A stretch of DNA of 64,000 nt from an uncultured Candidatus Binatia bacterium (GCA_965242525.1 OZ251459.1:3872001-3936000), one strand, 5' to 3'. Positions 28,947 to 40,995 are shown, numbered from the stretch's first letter. The notes: generated by a model from the sequence alone, not told the origin. Numbers and translations: made by a program.

Positions 28947-30020
28947 CTAATTGCTGCCGGATGCCGCCGGCCCGCGCGACGCGCCGAAGGCTCCGACGAG
29001 ACCGCCGACTTCGTCCTGGCCCGAGGCGGCTACGCCGAACGTGCCGGCGACTTTCGATGGAGAATCCGGGACGGCGCCGTTGCCGAGGAACTGCCCTCCC
29101 CATTTCCCCGCGTACGACCGACCCTCGAACTGCAGGCTCGTGTCGCCCGTGAAGAACCCGCTGTTTGCGCCCCCGATGTCCGCCGCACCCAGGGTCACCT
29201 GCGGGTTCCCCGGGATATCGTCCCCATCCATGTCCTTGACGTTGAAGATGCGTCCCAAGACGCTTCCCAGACCGGCCGCGTCACCGAAATTGGCCGTCAA
29301 CTCAACCGCGGCGTTGAAGAGGTCCGAGTCCTCCGCGTCGGTACCGGAACGGGAATAGTACACGCCGTATGCCTCTCCCCGATAGCTCGCAGTGCCGGCC
29401 AGGGCCTGCAGGTTGCTCTGCGCGAAGGGGTCGCCGCCGTCCGCGAAGGCGCCGAACTCGAAGTCGTTGGCGTTCTGGCTGTTCGGGATGAATCCCCATA
29501 TTCCTGCGGCCATCCAGTCCGTGTTTCCGGCGGCGAGCGCTTCGGGGTCCGCATCCGTGTATATGATGAGCACTCTCTGTCCATCGGTCTCCCGGGACAC
29601 CAGCCCGATGCCGCTGAAGTCTCCGTCACGGGCCGTGCCCAATACCTCGGCCGCGCCGGTGTTGCCGATGGACCAACCTCCGCCCCCTGTCTGGGTTGCC
29701 CGATAGGTGATCTGCTGGGCCGCAGCCGTCAACGTGACCTCGACCTGATCGGTGGTGGTCCTCGTACCGTCGGCGTTCGAGGACTGCGTCACGCTGCCCG
29801 CCCTCGGTGTGTTCGCCGCAGCGATCCTGGCCGCTTGCGACCGGGTTGCGTCCACCGCGCTCAACGTGTCCGCTACCGTAGCGGACACTTGCCCCTGCTG
29901 CGGCTGCTGCGAGCCCATCGAAGGCGCGACGCTCCCGGACTTCTTCCCGCTGCAACCGGACGCGAAGACGACCGCTGCCGCCAATCCAGCGACGATGACC
30001 CTGCAAGTTCGGAAAGACAT
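28947..30020 (-). CDS. Lipoprotein with a transferrin-binding-protein-B-like C-terminal beta-barrel
   Basis: SD AAGGAGG; signal peptide with lipobox ASGC; 'GTASYRGEAYG', 'GKWGGQFLG', 'VAGTFGV', 'LVGAFGA'. Confidence 0.7.
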   Translation of the reverse strand: MSFRTCRVIVAGLAAAVVFASGCSGKKSGSVAPSMGSQQPQQGQVSATVADTLSAVDATRSQAARIAAANTPRAGSVTQSSNADGTRTTTDQVEVTLTAAAQQITYRATQTGGGGWSIGNTGAAEVLGTARDGDFSGIGLVSRETDGQRVLIIYTDADPEALAAGNTDWMAAGIWGFIPNSQNANDFEFGAFADGGDPFAQSNLQALAGTASYRGEAYGVYYSRSGTDAEDSDLFNAAVELTANFGDAAGLGSVLGRIFNVKDMDGDDIPGNPQVTLGAADIGGANSGFFTGDTSLQFEGRSYAGKWGGQFLGNGAVPDSPSKVAGTFGVAASGQDEVGGLVGAFGASRGPAASGSN

Positions 30021-30234
30021 GGCTCGAAATCCTCCTTGCTGCTTCGAAACAACCTGTGTGGAGAGGTGAAACCCGACCGATGAACCTGACCGATCAATCC
30101 TACCAAACGCGCAACCCCGTTTCAATCTCAATCCGGGCGCGGTTCGACCCGGTGGAGCCCCGAGTTCCTTGCGCTCGAACCCGCTTTCGTCTAAGGAACC
30201 CCTGATCGAACGAGACAGGGAGAGGACAGGGAAC

Positions 30235-31614
30235 ATGAGAGACCTCCGGGAATTCATCGCGGCAGAGGAAGAAAGGCGCCCGGGCGCCCTGATCCGGGTG
30301 ACGGACCCCATCGACCCGAACAAGTGCGAGACCATCGCCTTCCTCAAGCACCTGGACGACCGGGGGCTGGAGAAGATGGTGCTGTTCGAGAACGTGACCA
30401 CCCTGGAAGGCAAGCGGTCGCCGTTCCCGCTCTTCTACAACCCCTGGGTGAGCCGGCAGTTCTGCGCGGACGGCATCGGCATGGGCGACCTCCGGTCCAG
30501 CATGGACCTGAGCCTGGAGGTCTCGCGCCTGGAGAAGGAGAGGGGGGATACGGAAATGATCCCGCCCGACGTCGCTCCCTGCCGGGAGGTGGTCCTGAAG
30601 GGGTCCGAGGTGGACTTGGCCCGGTTCCCCATCCCCATGCACCACGACCTGGACGTGGGGCCCTACTGGACCATGGCCTGCATCATGAAGGGGGAGTCGG
30701 CGCCGTTCTACGACATCACCTTCACCAAGAACCTGTATTACGACGCCAGGACCATGAGCTTCTCCGCCCACAAGCACCACCATCTCGAAGCCATCGTCAC
30801 CGAGAACGAGGCCAAGGACCAGCGGGCGCCGGTGGTCATCGTGATGGGCCACCACCCCGCCTTCTACTTCTCGTCGTGCTGCATGACCCCCTACGGCAAC
30901 GACGACTACCAGAGCGCGGCCGCCTTCATGCGCGAGCCGCTGCGGCTCACCCCGTCGGTGACCTGGGGCGAGGACTTCCTGGTGCCCGCGGACGCGGAGA
31001 TGATCGTCGAAGGCGAGGTCCCGCCCCACGTGCGGCGGTCCCAGAACCCCTTCGGCGAGGTCCTGGGCTACTACCAGGTGACCATGGACGTGCCCGTCAT
31101 CGAGGTGACCGCGGTCACCCACCGGAAGCAGGCCGTCATGCAGGACATCTGGGCCGGCCAGAAGGACCACTGGAACCTGGGCGGGGTCACCAAGGAGGGC
31201 AGCGTTTACAACTCCATCAAGCGCAACATCCCCGGCATCCAGGCCATCCACCTGCCTCCCTCGGGCTGCGGCCGGGTGATCTGCTACATCTCCCTCCGGA
31301 AGGAGTTCCCCAACGAGCCGAAGAAGGCGGCCATGCAGGCGTTCACCGACATGCCCAACCTCAAGCTGTGCGTGGTGGTGGACGACGACGTGGACGTGTT
31401 CAACGAACGCGAGGTCCTGTGGGCGGTGGGCACCCGGACCCACTGGGACCGGGACCTGGACGTGATCCGGGAGGTCCAGAACTTCCGCGGCTGGCTCGGC
31501 GACAGCGTGGCGGTGGTGGACGCCACCAAGCCCCTGGAGGGCGAGTTCCCCGTCCGCAACCAGGTGCCCCTGGAAGCCATGAAGCGCGTGGACGTGGGCA
31601 AGTACCTGGGGTGA
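30235..31614 (+). CDS. UbiD-family (prFMN-dependent) decarboxylase
   Basis: DLREFI; APCREVV...VDLARFPIP; VPADAEMIVEG; NPFGE..GYY; VVVDDDVDV...EVLWA; DATKP. Confidence 0.92.
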   Translation: MRDLREFIAAEEERRPGALIRVTDPIDPNKCETIAFLKHLDDRGLEKMVLFENVTTLEGKRSPFPLFYNPWVSRQFCADGIGMGDLRSSMDLSLEVSRLEKERGDTEMIPPDVAPCREVVLKGSEVDLARFPIPMHHDLDVGPYWTMACIMKGESAPFYDITFTKNLYYDARTMSFSAHKHHHLEAIVTENEAKDQRAPVVIVMGHHPAFYFSSCCMTPYGNDDYQSAAAFMREPLRLTPSVTWGEDFLVPADAEMIVEGEVPPHVRRSQNPFGEVLGYYQVTMDVPVIEVTAVTHRKQAVMQDIWAGQKDHWNLGGVTKEGSVYNSIKRNIPGIQAIHLPPSGCGRVICYISLRKEFPNEPKKAAMQAFTDMPNLKLCVVVDDDVDVFNEREVLWAVGTRTHWDRDLDVIREVQNFRGWLGDSVAVVDATKPLEGEFPVRNQVPLEAMKRVDVGKYLG

Positions 31615-31629
31615 CCGGCCCCTGGCTCC

Positions 31630-33678
<2,049 letters not shown>

Positions 33679-33749
33679 TTGAGAGTTTCCTATCGTATTC
33701 GGGCTCCCGGCGTCAAGGAAGCGGAGGGGCCGCAGGCGGTCCCGCGGGG

Positions 33750-34301
33750 CTATTCCGAATCGTAGCGGACCAGCGAGAACAACTCCTGCCGGAGCTTCTC
33801 CCGCGGCTTGAGGAAGCCGAGCTCGATGATGCAGGCGTGCTCGAAGACGGCGCCGCCGAGCCGTTCCACCAAGTCCGCGGCCGCCGCGGCAGTCCCCCCG
33901 GTGGCCACCAAGTCGTCCACCAGCAGCACGTTCGCGCCGGGGGCGAGGGCGTCGCTGTGCACCTCCAGGGCGTCGCTGCCGTACTCCAGCTCGTAGGTGG
34001 CTTGCAGGGTCCGGTAGGGGAGTTTCCCGGGCTTCCGGATCACGCACAACCCCTTGCCCAACCGATAGGCCAGGGCCGCGCCGATGATGAAACCGCGGGA
34101 TTCGACGCCCGCCACCGTGTCCACCGGCGCCGCGGCGTACCGCTCTGCGAAGAGGTCGATGGTGCGCCGGAACAGCGGTCCGTCGCCCAGGAGCGGGGTG
34201 ATGTCCTTGAACACGATCCCGGGCTTGGGGAAGTCGGGGATGTCGCGGATGACGGCCCGGATGTCGTCCACGGGCGCGGCCCCTTGGGTGCTTTGCGTCA
34301 T
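33750..34301 (-). CDS. apt: Adenine phosphoribosyltransferase
   Basis: IPDFPKPGIVFKDITPLL, ESRGF, RKPGKLP, VDDLVATGGT. Confidence 0.97.
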   Translation of the reverse strand: MTQSTQGAAPVDDIRAVIRDIPDFPKPGIVFKDITPLLGDGPLFRRTIDLFAERYAAAPVDTVAGVESRGFIIGAALAYRLGKGLCVIRKPGKLPYRTLQATYELEYGSDALEVHSDALAPGANVLLVDDLVATGGTAAAAADLVERLGGAVFEHACIIELGFLKPREKLRQELFSLVRYDSE

Positions 34302-34320
34302 GGCGCTTGGGCTAACACAC

Positions 34321-35142
34321 TCAGGGCAAATAGGAAAGCGGGTCCCGGGCCACGTTGTTCCTGCGGATCTCGAAGTGGAGGTACGGCGTGGCGGCCCGTC
34401 CGGTGGCGCCGACCTCGGCGATGACCTGCCTGCGGGACACCTTCTGGCCTTGCCGCACCAGGTTCTTGCGGTTGTGGGCATAGACCGAGGCAAAGCCGCG
34501 GCGGTGGCGCAGGATGATGAGGTTGCCGTAGCCACGCAGCTTGTCGCTGTAGATCACCTGCCCGCCCAGGGTCGCGCGCACCGGGGTCCCCGAGGGCGCG
34601 GCGATGTTGATGCCGTCGTTCAGGCTCTCGTGCCGCGAATCGAACTTGGCGGTGACCTTGCCCGCCACGGGCCAGATGAACCCCTGCCTCGAAGGTTTCC
34701 GCTGTCGGGTACGGGTATCGGCTTTGCCAGCGCCGGCTGGAGGGGCGGCGCCGGGCCGAGGCGCCTTGGCCTGGGTTTCCTTCCCGGGAGCGGTCTTGGG
34801 GGTACGGGTCTTGGCGGGGCGGCGGGGTCTTTGCGCAGGTGCCTTGATGGGGGTAATGATCTCCACCGGCAGCCGGCGGGTGGCCCCGGGGACGAAGATC
34901 CGGCGCCCGACCTTGATGTCGCTCGCATCCGGGATGCGGTTGACGCGGGCGAGCCTCACGTGACCGACGCCGTAGGCCTTGCCGATGCGGAAGAGGTTCT
35001 CTCCCTTCTTGACCACGTGGTGGATGCCGGTCCGGTCGGGGTCTCGCCTGGGCGCGCGGTCATCGACGTAACTGCAACCCGCCAGGGCAAGGACGACGAG
35101 GATGTGTATCAGCCCGAGGTTGCGAAAGGCTAACTCGGCCAA
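34321..35142 (-). CDS. nlpD: LysM + M23 lipoprotein (NlpD-like)
   Basis: Lipobox LAGC; LysM HVVKKGENLFRIG; M23 FIWPV...NDGINI...YAHN...LHFEIR; follows pcm. TTG start inferred. Confidence 0.85.
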   Translation of the reverse strand: MAELAFRNLGLIHILVVLALAGCSYVDDRAPRRDPDRTGIHHVVKKGENLFRIGKAYGVGHVRLARVNRIPDASDIKVGRRIFVPGATRRLPVEIITPIKAPAQRPRRPAKTRTPKTAPGKETQAKAPRPGAAPPAGAGKADTRTRQRKPSRQGFIWPVAGKVTAKFDSRHESLNDGINIAAPSGTPVRATLGGQVIYSDKLRGYGNLIILRHRRGFASVYAHNRKNLVRQGQKVSRRQVIAEVGATGRAATPYLHFEIRRNNVARDPLSYLP

Positions 35143-35801
35143 CCGTACCTCCCCAGAAGCTTCACGAACCGGCATCCACCGAGGCTCGTTTCCTGGAGGC
35201 CGGTGGGAGTGCGGCAGGAGAGTTTCAGGGTCTGGGAGCGGTCATCGCCGATGGGGATGATGAGCCGCCCGCCCGCGGCCAGTTGCCGGAGGAGCGGCTC
35301 CGGGACCTTCGGCGCTCCCGCGGCCACGATGATGGCGTCGTAAGGGGCGTGCTCCGACCATCCCAGGGTCCCGTCTCCCACGTGGACCGCCACGTTGTAG
35401 TACCGCAGCTCGTCCAGGACCGTCCGTGCCTGCACCGCGAGGCTCCGTAGCTTCTCCACCGAGAAGACGTTGCCGCACAACTCCGCGAGCAGCGCCGTCT
35501 GGTAGGCGGACCCCGTCCCGATCTCGAGGACCCGTTCGGTCCCCGTCAACTCCAGGGCTTGCAGCATGTAGCCGACGATGTAGGGCTGGGAGATGGTCTG
35601 TTGCCCGCCGATGGGTAACGGGTCGTCGGCGTAGGCGCGGTCCACCAGGGCGGGCTCCACGAAGAGGTGCCGCGGCACCTTGCGCATGGCGTGGACCACC
35701 CGCTGGTCGTGGACGCCCCGGTCCAGCAACTGGGTCTGGACCATTCGCTCCCTGGCGCCCTCGAAAGCGGATACGCTGCGGTAGCTGGAACCCTCGGCCA
35801 T
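35130..35801 (-). CDS. pcm: Protein-L-isoaspartate O-methyltransferase
   Basis: VPRHLFV, QTISQPY, VLEIGTGS, APYDAIIVAA. Confidence 0.96.
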   Translation of the reverse strand: MAEGSSYRSVSAFEGARERMVQTQLLDRGVHDQRVVHAMRKVPRHLFVEPALVDRAYADDPLPIGGQQTISQPYIVGYMLQALELTGTERVLEIGTGSAYQTALLAELCGNVFSVEKLRSLAVQARTVLDELRYYNVAVHVGDGTLGWSEHAPYDAIIVAAGAPKVPEPLLRQLAAGGRLIIPIGDDRSQTLKLSCRTPTGLQETSLGGCRFVKLLGRYGWPS

Positions 35802-35851
35802 CGATGGAGGCAGCGGCGGCCCGTGAGGGGCCGCCACGGTCCGGGTAAGAT

Positions 35852-35928
35852 TGGTCGGGGCGACTGGATTTGAACCAGCGACCACACGCACCCCAAGCGT
35901 GTGCGCTACCAGGCTGCGCTACGCCCCG
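35852..35928 (-). tRNA. tRNA-Pro (GGG)
   Basis: CGGGGCGTAGCGCAGCCTGGTAGCGCA...TTGGGGT...GGTTCAAATCC...CCCCGACCA; 77 nt with encoded CCA. Confidence 0.97.
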
Positions 35929-35943
35929 ACACCGTTGGAAGAA

Positions 35944-35972
35944 GTATTAACACTCTACCGGCAACGGGTCAA
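35944..35972 (-). promoter_or_regulatory. Putative sigma70 promoter of tRNA-Pro-pcm
   Basis: TTGACC-17 nt-TAATAC on the minus strand, just upstream of the tRNA. Confidence 0.5.
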
Positions 35973-36034
35973 TCTCGGCTTCGCCGGGGGACGCCGGAAT
36001 GCGGCGCGTGAAGGCGGGACCAGGGGGGATCCAG

Positions 36035-36144
36035 GGAAACTCTGAACAATTGCCCCCGTTCGTCCTGAGCGTAGCGAAGCGAAGTCGAAGGACGCGCTTT
36101 CCCATAGGGAGAGGCGCCTCGAGCCGGAATTGATCAGTGGTTCC
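36035..36144 (+). mobile_element. MITE-like element (IS5-like TIRs + REP-like core)
   Basis: ccag|ggaaactctgaacaa...core...ttgatcagtggttcc|ctag. Confidence 0.8.
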
Positions 36145-36498
36145 CTAGGAGATCAGGTCGCGGAGCTCGGCCAGGTCGTTCCGTATCTCGCGGAGGACTT
36201 CCACGTGCTCGGGACGCGGCCACGGGCCCGGCGGCGTCCCGTCCTCCGGGGCGTCGCGCTGCTTGAGCTTCTTCCGCGCCCCTTCGATGGTGTATCCTTC
36301 GCTGTACAACAGCCGCTTGATCTGGAGCAGCAGCTCCACGTCCTTGCGCTTGTAGAGTCGGTGGCGCGACGGCGCCTTGCCGGGGTTCAGGAGGTCGAAC
36401 TCGCCTTCCCAGTAGCGCAGCACGTACGGCTTCACGTCCAGGAGGTCGCTGACCTCGCCGATCTTGAAGTAGAGCTTGTCGGGGATGACCACCGCCAC
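36145..36498 (-). CDS. MerR-family transcriptional regulator
   Basis: IPDKLYFKIGEVS...YVLRYWE...HRLY...GYTIEGA; usual position after ihfA. Confidence 0.92.
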   Translation of the reverse strand: MAVVIPDKLYFKIGEVSDLLDVKPYVLRYWEGEFDLLNPGKAPSRHRLYKRKDVELLLQIKRLLYSEGYTIEGARKKLKQRDAPEDGTPPGPWPRPEHVEVLREIRNDLAELRDLIS

Positions 36499-36511
36499 GG
36501 GTCCTGCCGTA

Positions 36512-36829
36512 TCACGGAATGGTGAAGGCGTCCGCGCCCAGGATTCCGACGGAGTCGGAGTTCATGTTCTTCTTGAGGGTCTGGCTCGGCTTGAAGGTCA
36601 GCACCTTGCGGCTGTCGATGGTGATCTCCTCGCCGGTCCGGGGGTTCCGGCCCTTGCGGGGCTGCTTGCCGTGGATGACGAAGTTCCCGAACCCGGAGAT
36701 CTTGACCTTGTCGCCCTGCTCCAGCCGGGACTTGATGACCTCGAAGGTGGCCTCCACCACGTCCGCGGCCTCCTTCTTGGAGAAGCCCACCCTCTCGTAG
36801 ATCCGGTTGACGATGTCAGCCTTGGTCAT
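36512..36829 (-). CDS. ihfA: Integration host factor alpha subunit
   Basis: MTKADIV, VKISGFGNF, GRNPRTGE; follows pheT. Confidence 0.95.
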   Translation of the reverse strand: MTKADIVNRIYERVGFSKKEAADVVEATFEVIKSRLEQGDKVKISGFGNFVIHGKQPRKGRNPRTGEEITIDSRKVLTFKPSQTLKKNMNSDSVGILGADAFTIP

Positions 36830-36868
36830 CGCTGCCCTCCCGGGCCGGCCCGCGGGCCAGGATCCGTT

Positions 36869-39280
36869 CTACCGCAACGTCGCGTCGAACGCGGCGCAGA
36901 GCCTTCGGGTCAGGTCCTCGTGCACGGCGTTGACTTCCTGGTCCGTGAGGGTCCTCTCGGCGGATCGGTAGAAGACCTTGTAGGCGAGGCTCTTCCTGCC
37001 TTCGCTGATGGGGGCACCGGTATATTCGTCGAAGACATCCACCCTTTCGACGAGGGGCTGCTCCAGTCCCCGGACCCAATCGACGACCGTCCGGCTCGGG
37101 AACCCTTGCGCAACCACGATGGCAAGGTCCCGCTCCACCGACGGGAAACGGGGAATGGGCCGCACCTTGAAATCCGCCCGAGCATAGTGGAGCACCGCGT
37201 CGAAGTCAAGCTCGAACAGGAAGCACCCGGGCAGGTCCAATTCCTCACGAACTCGCGGACTTATCTCCCCCACATGGCCCAGCCTGGCGCCCCGGGCGGA
37301 GACCGCGGCGAACCTTTCCGGATGCAGCATGCGGGGGGGGTCTTCCGCGCTCCACCCGGAGTCCGCGCAACCGGCGCTCTCCAGCAGGTTCTCGACGATC
37401 CCCTTCACGTCGGCGAAGGTGAACTCGCGGCTCTCCGCCCCGAGGCCCCGCCGGGGCCGATGGCCGCGGAGGAGTCCCGCCGCGTTCATGCGTTCCGCGG
37501 ACCCGCGGTCACCCCCCAGCGAGAAGACCTTGTTGAGCTCGAAGACCATCGAGCTCCCGCTCCGGCGCTCAGCGTGGCGGCGCAGGTTCTCGGCCAACCC
37601 CGGCAGGAGGCTGAGGCGCATCTCGTCCGTGTCCCGGCGCAGGGGGTTGGCGATGCGTACGGGCGCCGCGTCCCCGCCCCAGAGCCCGGGAAAGGTCCGG
37701 TTCATGCCCGGGGAGCAGAAGGGCAGGGTCACCAACTCGCACAACCCTTCCGCGGCCAGGAGCGAGCGCGTCTTCCGCATCCAGCGCAGCAGCGGGTCCG
37801 CCCGGCCGGCGCCCATGCGGACCGCGGGCAGCGTGGCCGGAATGTTGTCGTACCCGTGGAGCCGGGCCAGCTCCTCCACCATGTCGGCCTCCCGGGTCAG
37901 GTCGAAGCGGAAGGAGGGGGGCGAGACCTCCAGGCCCGCTTCCGAGGAACCCGCGACGCCCATGCCCAGGGACTCGACGATGCCGCGGACCCGTTCCCGG
38001 GGCAGCTCCACTCCCAACGCGCGCTTGACGCTGGCGTAGCGGAGGGCGACGCGCGCGGGCTTGCGCGGGCGGGGATAGACGTCGGCGACCCCCGGGACCG
38101 CCTCGGCGCCGCCCGCGGCCTCCCACAGCGCCGCGGCCCGGTCCATGGCGTAGCGCGTGCCTTCCGGGTCCACGCCCCGCTCGAACCGATGGGACGCCTC
38201 GGTATGCATGCCCATGCGCTTCGCGGTGCGCCGGATGGCCAGCGGATCGAAGTGGGCGCTCTCCAGCAGCACCGATTGGGTCGCTTCTGTGACCTCGGAG
38301 CCGGCCCCTCCCATGACCCCGGCCAGGGCCGCGGGCGTATCGCCGTCGCAGATCAGCAGGTCGTCGGGATGGAGCGCCCGTTCCGACCCGTCCAGGGTCG
38401 TCAACGTTTTCGCCTCGCCCGCGGCGCGCACCACGATCCGCCCGCTGGCGATGCTCCGCGCGTCGAACGCGTGCAGGGGCTGGCCGGTCTCCAGCATGAC
38501 GTAGTTGGTCACGTCCACGATCAGGTTGATGGAGCGGATGCCGCAGGCTTCGAGCCGGAAGCGGAGCCACGGCGGAGACGGCGCCGGCCGGAGCCCGTGG
38601 ACGAGCCGGGCCGAATAGCGCGGGCACAGGGCCGGGTCCGCGATCTCCACGGACACCGGCATGGTCGGGGGGTGGCGCCGGAGATGCTCCGGGACCGCCG
38701 GGGGCCGGAGCCTGCCGCCGGTGAAGGCCGCGGCCTCCCGGGCCAGGCCCAGGACGCTCAGGCAGTCGCCCCGGTTGGGGGTGACGCCCACCTCCAGCAC
38801 CGAGTCGTCCAGCGCCAGGTACCGGTGCAGGGACTCGCCCTCGGGCGCGTCGTCGGGCAGTTCGATGATGCCGCGGTGGTCGTCGGAGAGCCCCATCTCC
38901 TGCTCCGAGCAGAGCATCCCCTCGGAGGGGACGCCGCGGATGGACCGCCGCCCGATGGCCTGCCCGGAGGGCAGCACCGAGCCGGCCCGCAGGAGCGCCG
39001 TCTTCATGCCCTTCCTGACGTTGGGAGCGCCGCACACGATCCGGAGCGGCGCGCCGGCGTCGTGGACCTCGCATACGGACAGCCGGTCGGCGTTGGGATG
39101 GGGCCGGACGTCCTTCACCCGGACGATGACCGCGCCGGCGTCCGCGCCCAGCGGTCGCACCGACTCCACCTCGAGCCCCGCCCGGGTAAGGCCCTCGGCC
39201 AGCTCGCCGGGGCCGAAGGTCTCCGCGGCCCCGGCCGGGAGATCCAGCATCTCCATCAGCCAGTGGAAGGTCAGTTTCAT
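36869..39280 (-). CDS. pheT: Phenylalanyl-tRNA synthetase beta subunit
   Basis: HPNADRL, VCGAPN, TPNRGDCLS, GQPLHAFD, RFERGVD, RFPSVERD. Confidence 0.97.
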   Translation of the reverse strand: MKLTFHWLMEMLDLPAGAAETFGPGELAEGLTRAGLEVESVRPLGADAGAVIVRVKDVRPHPNADRLSVCEVHDAGAPLRIVCGAPNVRKGMKTALLRAGSVLPSGQAIGRRSIRGVPSEGMLCSEQEMGLSDDHRGIIELPDDAPEGESLHRYLALDDSVLEVGVTPNRGDCLSVLGLAREAAAFTGGRLRPPAVPEHLRRHPPTMPVSVEIADPALCPRYSARLVHGLRPAPSPPWLRFRLEACGIRSINLIVDVTNYVMLETGQPLHAFDARSIASGRIVVRAAGEAKTLTTLDGSERALHPDDLLICDGDTPAALAGVMGGAGSEVTEATQSVLLESAHFDPLAIRRTAKRMGMHTEASHRFERGVDPEGTRYAMDRAAALWEAAGGAEAVPGVADVYPRPRKPARVALRYASVKRALGVELPRERVRGIVESLGMGVAGSSEAGLEVSPPSFRFDLTREADMVEELARLHGYDNIPATLPAVRMGAGRADPLLRWMRKTRSLLAAEGLCELVTLPFCSPGMNRTFPGLWGGDAAPVRIANPLRRDTDEMRLSLLPGLAENLRRHAERRSGSSMVFELNKVFSLGGDRGSAERMNAAGLLRGHRPRRGLGAESREFTFADVKGIVENLLESAGCADSGWSAEDPPRMLHPERFAAVSARGARLGHVGEISPRVREELDLPGCFLFELDFDAVLHYARADFKVRPIPRFPSVERDLAIVVAQGFPSRTVVDWVRGLEQPLVERVDVFDEYTGAPISEGRKSLAYKVFYRSAERTLTDQEVNAVHEDLTRRLCAAFDATLR

Positions 39281-39290
39281 GGTCGGTGGC

Positions 39291-40325
39291 TCAGGGAGGG
39301 AACTGCCGCAGGAAGCGGATATCGTTCTGGAAGAACAGCCGGATGTCGTCCATGCCGTACTTGAGCATGGCGATGCGCTCCACGCCCATGCCGAAGGCGA
39401 AGCCCGAGAATTCCTCGGGGTCGTAGCCCACGAAGCCGAAGACGTTGGGGTCGATCATCCCCGACCCGAGGATCTCCAGCCATCCCGACCCCTTGCACAC
39501 GCGGCAGATCCCCGCGTCCTCGGCCTCGCGGCAAAGGATGCAGCCGATATCCACCTCCGCGCTGGGCTCGGTGAACGGGAAGAAGCTCGGGCGGAAGCGG
39601 ACCCGCACCCGGTCCCGGAAGACCTGTTGGAGGAAGTGCGTCAGCACCCCCTTCAGGTCCCCGAAGGTGATGTCCCGATCCACCATGAAGCCTTCGACCT
39701 GGTGGAACACGGGCGAGTGGGTGGCGTCGTCGTCGTGGCGATAGACGGCCCCGGGCGCGATGACCTGGAGCGGCGGCCGGCGCTGCTCCATGACGCGGAT
39801 CTGGACCGGCGAAGTGTGGGTGCGGAGCACCCGGCCGTCCGACACGAAGAAGGTGTCCTGCATGTCCCGGGCCGGATGGTCCCTGGGAATGTTGAGCGCC
39901 TCGAAGTTGTGGTAGTCGTCCTCCACGTCGGGCCCCCGGGCGATCTCGAAGCCCATGCCCGTGAACACGTCGATGATCTCGTCCATGACCCGGGTGAGCG
40001 GATGCGTCCGGCCCCGCTCCAGCCGGTTCCCCGGCAAGGTCACGTCGAGGCGCGGGCCCCCCGATGGGTCCGCCCGGCCTTCCCGCAGGCGCTTGGAGCG
40101 CGCTTCGAGCAGCGCCTCGATCTCTCCCCGCCGCCGGTTGAGCTCCTGGCCGGCGCTCGGCCGCTGGTCGGCCGGCAAGTCCTTGAGCCCGCGCAGCAGC
40201 GCGGTGAGCTTGCCGCCCTTCCGGCCCAGGTAGTCGATGCGGACCTGCTCGACCTCCTGTTCCGAAGCGCACCGCTCCAGGCGTCCGGCCGCTTCCTCGC
40301 GGAGCTTCTCCAGGGTTTCGATCAT
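39291..40325 (-). CDS. pheS: Phenylalanyl-tRNA synthetase alpha subunit
   Basis: HPARDMQDTF, LRTHTS, FHQVEG, FPFTEPS, FAFGMGVER. Confidence 0.98.
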   Translation of the reverse strand: MIETLEKLREEAAGRLERCASEQEVEQVRIDYLGRKGGKLTALLRGLKDLPADQRPSAGQELNRRRGEIEALLEARSKRLREGRADPSGGPRLDVTLPGNRLERGRTHPLTRVMDEIIDVFTGMGFEIARGPDVEDDYHNFEALNIPRDHPARDMQDTFFVSDGRVLRTHTSPVQIRVMEQRRPPLQVIAPGAVYRHDDDATHSPVFHQVEGFMVDRDITFGDLKGVLTHFLQQVFRDRVRVRFRPSFFPFTEPSAEVDIGCILCREAEDAGICRVCKGSGWLEILGSGMIDPNVFGFVGYDPEEFSGFAFGMGVERIAMLKYGMDDIRLFFQNDIRFLRQFPP

Positions 40326-40332
40326 GCGGGCG

Positions 40333-40692
40333 TCAGGCGTCGAGGTGGTCCCTGGCGCACTTGGCGATCTGGTCGAACACGGGCGCGTCCGACGCTGCGA
40401 TGTCGGCGAGGATCTTGCGGTCCAACTCCACCCCGGCCTTCTTCAGGCCGTGGATCAGCCGGCTGTAGGACAGGCCGTTGAGCCGCGCCCCGGCGCTGAT
40501 GCGCACGTTCCACAAGCCCCGGAACGTGCGTTTGCGCACCCGCCGGTCGCGGTAGGCGTAGGCAAGTCCGCGCTCGACGGTCTCCCTGGCGGCGCGGTAC
40601 AGCCTCCGTCGGCCTCCCACGTACCCTTTGGCCAACTTCATGATCTTTCTGCGGCGCCGGCGGGAAGCCGGTCCGCCCTTGACTCTCGGCAT
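40333..40692 (-). CDS. rplT: 50S ribosomal protein L20
   Basis: MPRVKGG...YAYRDRR..KR.FR.LW..RI. Confidence 0.98.
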   Translation of the reverse strand: MPRVKGGPASRRRRRKIMKLAKGYVGGRRRLYRAARETVERGLAYAYRDRRVRKRTFRGLWNVRISAGARLNGLSYSRLIHGLKKAGVELDRKILADIAASDAPVFDQIAKCARDHLDA

Positions 40693-40797
40693 GGCGTGTA
40701 CTCCTCGGACAGACGTGCGACAGGGGCGCCGCCGGGCAGGCTCGCCCGGGTGCCCGGCAGCGGCGGCGTCGGTGGATACCGGCGTCCGGCCCGGTCC

Positions 40798-40995
40798 CTA
40801 CAGGTAGGGGACGAGACGCCGCATGTTCTTCGATTCGCAGCCCGACACGGCCTCGGGCTGTCTCAGCCGGCGTTTCCGCTTGCGGCTCTTGGTGGACAGG
40901 ATATGGCTCTTGAAGCCCCGCCGGCGCATGACCTTGCCGCTCTTGCTGACCTTGAACCTCTTGGCCGCTCCCCTGTTGGTCTTGATCTTGGGCAT
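40798..40995 (-). CDS. rpmI: 50S ribosomal protein L35
   Basis: [15 protein letters not shown]...[13 protein letters not shown]. Confidence 0.97.
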   Translation of the reverse strand: MPKIKTNRGAAKRFKVSKSGKVMRRRGFKSHILSTKSRKRKRRLRQPEAVSGCESKNMRRLVPYL

